Source: Candidatus Bathyarchaeales archaeon
GTDB taxonomy: Archaea; Thermoproteota; Bathyarchaeia; Bathyarchaeales; Bathycorpusculaceae
Assembly (NCBI GenBank): GCA_049717905.1
Contig: JBNASL010000001.1
Coordinates: forward strand, 7,987-71,986
Direction of reading: 5' to 3'
Length of the DNA: 64,000 nt
Of this stretch, positions 36,991 to 43,407 are shown piece after piece (positions within the stretch are counted from its first letter, which is position 1; each line of letters starts with the position of its first letter). A model generated the notes under the pieces. It was not told where the DNA came from and did not search any database. It saw nothing but the letters and a program-made list of their open reading frames with translations. The position numbers and the translations under genes are program-made.

Positions 36991-37007
36991 TGTGATGTGT
37001 GACGTCA
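36991..37007 (+). promoter_or_regulatory. Candidate operator: TGTGATGTGTGA repeat copy 1, fused to the TGACGTCA palindrome
   Basis: TGTGATGTGTGACGTCA lies about 35 bp upstream of a TATA-like TTTAAATT (37039-37046) preceding the 37126 gene. Confidence 0.5.
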
Positions 37008-37061
37008 TAATGCCATCATGGGTGGGAATACCATAATCTTTAAATTTTGTTTATGATAGAC

Positions 37062-37076
37062 TGTGATGTGTGATGT
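37062..37076 (+). promoter_or_regulatory. Candidate operator: TGTGATGTGTGA repeat copy 2
   Basis: TGTGATGTGTGATGT lies about 20 bp downstream of the TATA-like box, where the transcription start would be expected. Confidence 0.5.
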
Positions 37077-37125
37077 AACATGACGAAATCACGCAAGCAC
37101 TACATGAGAACGCGAGGGATCTTGC

Positions 37126-37839
37126 ATGAGTGAAGTGATATTGTTTCTTGCAGTGGTTTTCTTCGCTGTGGCAGTTGGTGCCGCTTTTGAGTATTACAGG
37201 CATATTGTGAAGGTTAAGGTGGAGTATGAGAAAGCTAAGAGAGCTTTTAATGATGTTATTTTAAGCTTCAGTAGAGAGCTTAAGCGCACTGCTGAAACAT
37301 TGGGATCCGTCTCCTACAAGGTTGATGCAGCATCTTCAAGGAGCAGTGAAGCCCTTAAAAGGGTGGAGAATCTTGAGGGGAAACTCGGCGGTTTAGAGGC
37401 AAAAGTCAGTTTAACACCAGAAGAATTGCAGAAGTTGCAGGCGAAACTAGATGAAGTGGAACAAAAGACCCGTGATATTGTTGTATCACAGGAGAATTTA
37501 ACAGCTAAGGTAGCGTCTTTAGAGGAACAAGCACAAAAATTGTCGATGGTTCCTGAGCCCAGTGTCGAAGCAGTTATACCTATAAAGCGGGAAAAAGCGT
37601 TGGCGCCTCTGACGGAAACAGAGTTGGCTGTGCTTGAAATGTTGGCTGCAGAGGGTCCCAAAACCGCGCCTGAGATTAAGGATAGAATTAAACTCAGTAG
37701 GGAGCATACTGCTAGATTGATGAAGAAGCTTTATGAGGAAGGCTATTTGGAGAGGGATTCGAGTAAGATTCCTTTCAAATATGGGGTTAAGAAAGAAATG
37801 GAGAAGCTTTTAAAGAAAACAGAGGCTGGCGCAGCATAA
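37126..37839 (+). CDS. Membrane-anchored coiled-coil protein with a C-terminal MarR-like winged-helix domain
   Basis: 237 aa. Has an N-terminal TM helix VILFLAVVFFAVAVGAAF, a long heptad-like region (LEGKLGGLEAKVSL...LQAKLDEVEQK...) and a C-terminal wHTH LTETELAVLEMLAAEGPKTAPEIKDRIKLSREHTARLMKKLYEEGYLER. Confidence 0.55.
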   Translation: MSEVILFLAVVFFAVAVGAAFEYYRHIVKVKVEYEKAKRAFNDVILSFSRELKRTAETLGSVSYKVDAASSRSSEALKRVENLEGKLGGLEAKVSLTPEELQKLQAKLDEVEQKTRDIVVSQENLTAKVASLEEQAQKLSMVPEPSVEAVIPIKREKALAPLTETELAVLEMLAAEGPKTAPEIKDRIKLSREHTARLMKKLYEEGYLERDSSKIPFKYGVKKEMEKLLKKTEAGAA

Positions 37840-37842
37840 TAG

Positions 37843-39378
37843 CTAAAGTTGAAGAGAATGTTGTTGTCTTAAGCTTTTTAGTCGGTTTTCCATTTCGGAA
37901 ATGCTTGAGGATGAAGGAAACTCATAGTCTTTTGTTACCCTGTTGAGGTATTCTGGATAGTGGGTTACTTTTATTGGCACAGCGAATCTTATTTTTGGTT
38001 CAGAAATCAACAGGGCTTCGCCTACGTCTAGCATTTTAATTTCTGTGTCGCTGTATTCCAAATAAGGAGTGCTTTCAGTTAGGTAAGCTCGGTCTCTCCG
38101 CAGTTCTGTTTTCATGATGATTTTTGTCCATAACTCGGCGAAAACATCAAAGTTTATCCTTGAAGGCCTTGGGGTTACAGCGTTAAGTCCTACGCGGTAT
38201 TTTCTATATGTTAGTGCAATGTCTGAAAATATTGTCCTAGGCTTGTTTGGATCCAAGAATTCATGGGCCTCTTCAAGGGTTATTAAAAGCGTTGGAAGTT
38301 TCAGCCATTCCTCATAGTTTTCCTCCCACATATGCTTGTAATGGTTTGCAACAGCAGAAGCGGTGAGACACACAATCCTGTTTTGCTCCTCTGAACCCAT
38401 TCCAGAAATGTCCACAAGACAGGTTACGCCTCGGCATATGTTTTGGACAACGCTGTCGATGAAACTATAGTCAGAAGCAGGGAAAAGCTCTCCAGACAAC
38501 GATGAAAGCTTCAGCATTAAAGCCTCAATGACATGTTTCATTTTATAGTCAGCCAAGCGGCCTACACCAGCGTATCCTTCAGCACTGTAAGCTTCTCTAG
38601 CCTTCTCAATCCAAACTTTGCCTAGTTTCGCGTAAAGTTTCTTAGCAAGCCTCCATTGAGGGTAACCTATGTCGGGAAACATCATTACAAGCTTGCCAGG
38701 AGTGACCGTGTATAATCCTATAACCATCTTTCTGTCTTTGGGCGAATAATACTGAACTTTAGTAGGAAATAATGGGTGATCTTTAAGGCCTTTCTGGGGG
38801 CTGATTCCCTTTCCCTCAAGGAGTTGACCTGCAAAATCGAAGATTAGGGCTACTGTTTTTGGGCTGTTGTCGATGATTTGGGCGTTTAGGATGAGTTCAG
38901 CGTTTGTTTTACCTGAGCCCGTCATTCCAAACATGCCCATCATCAGCGGAATAGCCTCAATGTTTACACCCACAGAACCTAAGAGTTGGTCTCCTGATCG
39001 GAGGCGCCCAATTTCCAGCACTCCGGAAAGCTTGAGAACAGAGCCATCTTCTTCGCTTATGGTGTAAACTTTGTCACCGTAGTTTGGGTTAAATGTTGGA
39101 GAGCGCGCCTTTTCTTTACTTTTTTCCAGAAAGAGAACTGCCTCTACACTTCTGAAACTTGAGTAAGGTCCAAACGCTTCCTTGCCGTCAGCCTCTCGAA
39201 GTTGCTCAATGGTTTTTAGTGTGGAGCTACTTTGAGCATTAACGACCCTTGCGTAAAAGTTTCTTTCGCCAGAATCGATGCGCACAATCTGCCCAAAAGA
39301 AAGTGCCACTTGAGAATTTAGAAAGAAAAGCACTTTGTCCCCTTCCGTTCCACACACAAACCCTATTGGTTCACTCAT
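37843..39378 (-). CDS. herA: HerA-like (FtsK-HerA superfamily, DUF87-type) ATPase
   Basis: 511 aa. Has an N-terminal barrel-like segment (GQIVRIDSGERNFYARVVN), Walker A GMFGMTGSGKT and Walker B LLITLEEAHEF. Its start overlaps the NurA-like stop by 8 nt. Confidence 0.75.
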   Translation of the reverse strand: MSEPIGFVCGTEGDKVLFFLNSQVALSFGQIVRIDSGERNFYARVVNAQSSSTLKTIEQLREADGKEAFGPYSSFRSVEAVLFLEKSKEKARSPTFNPNYGDKVYTISEEDGSVLKLSGVLEIGRLRSGDQLLGSVGVNIEAIPLMMGMFGMTGSGKTNAELILNAQIIDNSPKTVALIFDFAGQLLEGKGISPQKGLKDHPLFPTKVQYYSPKDRKMVIGLYTVTPGKLVMMFPDIGYPQWRLAKKLYAKLGKVWIEKAREAYSAEGYAGVGRLADYKMKHVIEALMLKLSSLSGELFPASDYSFIDSVVQNICRGVTCLVDISGMGSEEQNRIVCLTASAVANHYKHMWEENYEEWLKLPTLLITLEEAHEFLDPNKPRTIFSDIALTYRKYRVGLNAVTPRPSRINFDVFAELWTKIIMKTELRRDRAYLTESTPYLEYSDTEIKMLDVGEALLISEPKIRFAVPIKVTHYPEYLNRVTKDYEFPSSSSISEMENRLKSLRQQHSLQL

Positions 39379-40384
39379 GTTCTACCCACTCCCATTCAAA
39401 CGCATGTTTTACTCCGTGAAGCTCGTCTGGGAAACTACAAGCCAATTCTTCAAGGCGAAGTAAATCCATTAAGCCCTCTTCCTTAAGAAAACTCTCAACT
39501 TTATCGTGGTAATGGAGAAGCATGACATCTGACGGACGGGAAAAATGATGGGCAAGGAACAGAGGAATAGGATATCCGAGACATCTTGGATCTTCAGAAA
39601 TGAAAGTTAATGGGGAAAGAATTTCAACAACATTGCCGGCTGTCAAATATTCCATTATGTCGCAGCGAAAAATTCGTCCACTGTCCTGGCATAATTTTAC
39701 CACGGAAACCTCACCGTAAAGGTGTTCATCTTTATTCGGTTCTTTAATGGATGGGTAAACCCAGAGGGGATAAGGGGAAAGCCCGCTAACTACAGCTATG
39801 AAATCTCTGCCTTTTTCGTCATGTAAAATTGGAGAGCTCTTACTTATAGCGAGGAGGCATATTGCCCTTTCTTTACATTCATCGTAAAGGGAAACTCTAA
39901 ACTTTCTTTCGCCTCCGAAGTAGCTTCCCCCATCTAAAAGGACATAATCATTAGGGGTATGTCCGTCGTATACATCTTTAAATTTCTCATGTATAATTCT
40001 TAGAGCCGCCTGGCTTTCCAATTCTAACCTATAATCTTCAAGGATTCTACGACGGACATGGATATCCCCAACAGCAGAATACAACCTCTCCTCGTAACCC
40101 CATTTTACATCATGACCCTTAACTAGGGCGTATGATGGCCGCATAAGGTAAATGCCCCAATTATTAGCCCTCTTCAGCGTTCTTGTCGAACAGTCCACAG
40201 CCAAAAATTGTCCTTCGTAATTACTTACTTTTCTAAGAGGCTTTATCCGCAGAGGATCTGGCTTAACTGAAATTGCGGGCTCTCCTCGTAGCTCCATAGA
40301 ACTTGCAACACGCCCTTTTTCAACATAGGTTTTAAGTTTCTCTCTAATATTTGTCAAGTCTTCCATTATTTTAGCATCCATCAT
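39371..40384 (-). CDS. nurA: NurA-like nuclease (RNase H-like fold)
   Basis: 337 aa. Candidate catalytic blocks occur in NurA order: FLAVDCST (Asp), RLELESQ (Glu), YVLLDGGSY (Asp), LLAISKSS, FLAHHFS (His). Translationally coupled to the HerA-like gene. Confidence 0.6.
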   Translation of the reverse strand: MMDAKIMEDLTNIREKLKTYVEKGRVASSMELRGEPAISVKPDPLRIKPLRKVSNYEGQFLAVDCSTRTLKRANNWGIYLMRPSYALVKGHDVKWGYEERLYSAVGDIHVRRRILEDYRLELESQAALRIIHEKFKDVYDGHTPNDYVLLDGGSYFGGERKFRVSLYDECKERAICLLAISKSSPILHDEKGRDFIAVVSGLSPYPLWVYPSIKEPNKDEHLYGEVSVVKLCQDSGRIFRCDIMEYLTAGNVVEILSPLTFISEDPRCLGYPIPLFLAHHFSRPSDVMLLHYHDKVESFLKEEGLMDLLRLEELACSFPDELHGVKHAFEWEWVEHE

Positions 40385-40432
40385 AATTGTCCCATGCCGA
40401 TGTATTAATTAACAAATAGGAGAGAAGGCTTA

Positions 40433-40858
40433 TCAAGTTATTTGCTGCTTTATTGTGGGATTTGGAATGCTTGGTGCAATCCTATATTTTAATCTGTTTG
40501 AATTACCAGCCTTAACAAGCATTCCTTTATGTGTCATTCTAAAAAGGTAAGTTGCCACCGTGCTGAGGTTTATCGGTTCCTTAAACTCACGCTCATAAAC
40601 CTCTTGAACCTCCTTTGAAGAAAACCAAGCAACAGGAAAATACTTTTGAATCAAAAATCTCAGCCTATCATATTTTGAATCTTCATTACTCATAATGTTA
40701 ATGCTTGGATTGGTTTCACTACTGGAAACACCGCCTAACAATTCAACCAAATCTAATATGCGAAGTGCTTTATCCCGCGTCACTTGACCCTCAAAGGCTA
40801 TGCTATACTTGTTGCCTTCACTGTCAAATACTTCAATACGCATTTTCTTCGCTGGCAT
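40433..40858 (-). CDS. Small protein with a C-terminal winged-helix-like domain; first gene of the NurA/HerA-like operon
   Basis: 141 aa. FSSKEVQEVYEREFKEPINLSTVATYLFRMTHKGMLVKAGNSNRLKYRI looks like helix-turn-helix plus wing. The N-terminal half is unassigned. Confidence 0.45.
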   Translation of the reverse strand: MPAKKMRIEVFDSEGNKYSIAFEGQVTRDKALRILDLVELLGGVSSSETNPSINIMSNEDSKYDRLRFLIQKYFPVAWFSSKEVQEVYEREFKEPINLSTVATYLFRMTHKGMLVKAGNSNRLKYRIAPSIPNPTIKQQIT

Positions 40859-40880
40859 CTAAAGTTAAGCACCTTCGGTT

Positions 40881-40903
40881 CTTCACAACTTTACACTTCA
40901 CAA
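40881..40903 (+). promoter_or_regulatory. Direct repeat CTTCACAA x2 (15-bp period) between a TATA-like box and the start of the 141-aa gene
   Basis: Copies at 40881-40888 and 40896-40903. A TATA-like AATTTAAAGG (minus sense) lies at about 40941-40950. Confidence 0.45.
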
Positions 40904-41054
40904 GTTATAGCTGTTACGGTGAATAAGAGAAAATTAAAACCTTTAAATTAGGCATTTTAAGGAAAAAGAAGGGAAAATTTCCATTTTTTTAAAATACAAG
41001 CTTCACATCTTATCCAAAATAGCTTTGTGAAAAAAAGAAAATAATATTTTGTTG

Positions 41055-41078
41055 TTTCCAGTAGAAACTAAGGGGTGG
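41055..41078 (+). promoter_or_regulatory. Origin recognition box (ORB)-like element 1
   Basis: TTTCCAGTAGAAACTAAGGGGTGG has a TCCA-N-GAAA dyad plus a G-string, nearly identical to element 3. Confidence 0.7.
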
Positions 41079-41293
41079 CTTATTCACATCTTAAAGACAT
41101 AAAAAAGTTAACGATTATGGAAAAGAGGTTTAAAAAGCGACAAAAACAAATCAACTTCACATGGTGTTTGCAAATTGTGAAAGTGAATAAGCTATCACAT
41201 TTTCTTTTTGAATTTAAAGTGCTGGCTAAAACAATATAAAATCATTGGAAAAATGATGAAAATATATAGTTGCAGAGAAAGAGTCACCCCATG

Positions 41294-41320
41294 TTTTCCA
41301 CTGGAAAAGCAAGAGGGGAC
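41294..41320 (+). promoter_or_regulatory. ORB-like element 2 (palindromic core TTCCACTGGAA)
   Basis: TTTTCCACTGGAAAAGCAAGAGGGGAC. A CACCCC lies just upstream, so a G-string is present on both strands. Confidence 0.6.
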
Positions 41321-41460
41321 TTTTAATTTTAAAATAATATGTTGTAACAATTTTCTTATTTTATTTAGATTTTTTTACAGTAAGATTTTTGTTCTTTAAA
41401 CTGTTCTTACCTTTCAGAGTATATTTCTTTTAGATAGAAATCACAATTTTAACTTCTTAC
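41321..41460. other. Candidate duplex-unwinding element (AT-rich tract) of oriC
   Basis: By hand count there are about 26 G/C in 140 nt, roughly 80% A+T. It lies between ORB-like elements 2 and 3. Confidence 0.5.
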
Positions 41461-41468
41461 TTCAGAGA

Positions 41469-41493
41469 TTTCCAGTTGAAACTTAGGGGTGCC
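41469..41493 (+). promoter_or_regulatory. ORB-like element 3
   Basis: TTTCCAGTTGAAACTTAGGGGTGCC lies about 150 bp upstream of orc1/cdc6. Confidence 0.7.
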
Positions 41494-41642
41494 TCCCTTT
41501 TCCTTTTTTGCATACTAAGTCTCCTACACTTTTTAGAATTTTTAGGCTAATTATTCACTTTTCTGTATGATATGCCTTATTTTGTTAGCCTTAAAGTAAG
41601 ACATTACCTCCGCTTCAAACTTAAAAAGGGAGAAATGGACCA

Positions 41643-42893
41643 ATGGACAACGAAAATATCCTTGACGAAGTTTTCAATAAATTTTTCACTAATACAAGTA
41701 TTTTTAGAGATAGGGAGGTCCTTCGTCACGATTACTTACCTGAAAGGCTACCTCATCGTGAGGAACAGATTAAACATCTTGGGGAGGTAGTTGCTCCAGT
41801 TCTAAAGGGTGCGAGGTGTTCAAACATTTTTGTGTATGGGAAAACTGGAACGGGAAAGACTGCAGTAACAAAATATGTGCTGAACAGATTGGAGGCTAAG
41901 GCAAAAGAAATTAACGCGCCTGTTGACTTTTGTTATGTCAATTGTCGCTTGGCGGGTACCGAATATCGCATTCTCTCCAGTTTATGTCAGAAGGTTCGAC
42001 TTTTTGTTCCCTTTACTGGTTTATCTGTTGGAGAAGTGTTTGATAGGTTTAGGAAAGGCTTAGATGAACTGAAAACGATTTTTATGGTGGTCCTAGATGA
42101 AGTAGACGCCCTAGTAAAGGCTAGAAGCGACATCCTTCTATATGAGCTTACGAGGATTAATGAGATGTTGTCCCACAGCAAAGTTTCAATTATTGGAATT
42201 TCCAACGACTTGAGGCTTAAGGAATTTCTTGATCCGCGGGTTTTAAGCTCCCTTAGCGAGGAGGAAATCGTTTTTAGACCATATGATGCAAGCGAATTAA
42301 GAAATATTCTTTTCGAACGTGCACAAGTGGCCCTCCGTGAAGGGGCTTTAAGCGAAGGAGCCTTAAGCCTCTGTGCAGCTTTGGCAGCAGCTGAACATGG
42401 TGATGCTCGACGAGCTTTGGATTTGCTTCGGGTTGCTGGTGAGGTTGCGGAGCGTAGGGGTGCGAGTATTATAAACGAAGAGCATGTTAGAGAGGCGGAG
42501 AAACTTATTGAACATAACCGTGTTGTGGAAGCTTTGGCAAACCTAACTTTACATTCAAAGCTTGTGATTTTGAGTGTATTTCAAATGGTTAAGGCAAATG
42601 GTTATCGCGCAGTGACAGGTGAAATATATGAAGTTTATAATGAGCTCTGCGGAGAATTAGCGGTAACTCCATTAACGCAGCGGCGTGTAAGCACTCTGGT
42701 TAATGAGCTGGACGCGTTGGGCTTGTTGAATGCACAAGTTGTAAGCATGGGGAGATATGGACGGACCAAGAAGATTCGGTTAGAGGTTACGCGTACACTT
42801 ATTAGAGAAGCATTCTCTAATGATGCTAGGCTTGGGCGCCTGATTGATTATGACCCTAAATGTCTTTCAAAAAATGCAGGTTGTAGGGATTGA
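41643..42893 (+). CDS. cdc6: Orc1/Cdc6 replication initiator
   Basis: 416 aa. Contains LPHREEQIKHL, Walker A GKTGTGKT, Walker B VVLDEVD, sensor motifs and a C-terminal winged helix. Confidence 0.95.
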   Translation: MDNENILDEVFNKFFTNTSIFRDREVLRHDYLPERLPHREEQIKHLGEVVAPVLKGARCSNIFVYGKTGTGKTAVTKYVLNRLEAKAKEINAPVDFCYVNCRLAGTEYRILSSLCQKVRLFVPFTGLSVGEVFDRFRKGLDELKTIFMVVLDEVDALVKARSDILLYELTRINEMLSHSKVSIIGISNDLRLKEFLDPRVLSSLSEEEIVFRPYDASELRNILFERAQVALREGALSEGALSLCAALAAAEHGDARRALDLLRVAGEVAERRGASIINEEHVREAEKLIEHNRVVEALANLTLHSKLVILSVFQMVKANGYRAVTGEIYEVYNELCGELAVTPLTQRRVSTLVNELDALGLLNAQVVSMGRYGRTKKIRLEVTRTLIREAFSNDARLGRLIDYDPKCLSKNAGCRD

Positions 42894-43407
42894 GGATGGA
42901 AGTTTTAAAAAAGGAGTTACTAAAAAGGCGCTTCTTGTAGCAGTACTCTTCAAAGGATTGGAAATTGAAAATGTAAATTTTGCAAAGATAGAAGTTGACG
43001 GTTTAGATGCAACAGAAAAAATTGTTAAAATCCTAAATGAATGGAAATTTGATGCAGTTATGCTTGCTGGAGTTTCTTTTGCAGGATTCAACATCATTGA
43101 CCCTAAGGTTCTCTTTAAGAAATTTGGAAAGCCCGTAATCATTATTTTGCGAACGAAACCAGACAATAAAGCGATAAAGCGTGCTCTTCATGCCCATTTC
43201 AAGGATTGGCAAATCCGCTGGAGCGTATTTGAGAAATTAGGCCCCATTCGAAGAGTAAAGGCTTTAGCTGAAGAAAATCCCCTCTACTTTGAAGCCTTGG
43301 GTGCGGATGCCCAGTGGACTAAACACCTTATAAAAGCCTTAGCAGCTTGCGGCAGGGTACCTGAACCTCTCCGAGTTGCGCGGCTGGTTGCCCGCGGACT
43401 AAGTTAA
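42874..43407 (+). CDS. DUF99 (UPF0215) endonuclease V-like fold protein
   Basis: MQVVGIEDGSF... is a typical DUF99 N-terminus. The ATG at 42874 overlaps the orc1 3' end by about 20 nt, and the track ORF starts at 42844. Confidence 0.7.
   Translation: MQVVGIEDGSFKKGVTKKALLVAVLFKGLEIENVNFAKIEVDGLDATEKIVKILNEWKFDAVMLAGVSFAGFNIIDPKVLFKKFGKPVIIILRTKPDNKAIKRALHAHFKDWQIRWSVFEKLGPIRRVKALAEENPLYFEALGADAQWTKHLIKALAACGRVPEPLRVARLVARGLS

Noticed and set aside
35814-37125. Possibility that the TCACA/TGTGATGTGTGA repeats are a CRISPR array
   Set aside because: The repeats are short (5-17 nt) and irregularly spaced, and occur in both orientations. They are interrupted by a 162-aa ORF. There is no repeat-spacer periodicity and no cas genes in the window.
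41252-41259. C-box-like AATGATGA in the origin region, suggesting a possible C/D box sRNA
   Set aside because: There is no matching D box (CUGA) or terminal stem at a suitable distance. It is probably a chance match in AT-rich DNA.
41572-41790. 72-aa plus-strand ORF overlapping the orc1/cdc6 start
   Set aside because: It is in a different frame from the strongly supported Orc1/Cdc6 ORF. It begins inside the origin region and its sequence has no family resemblance.
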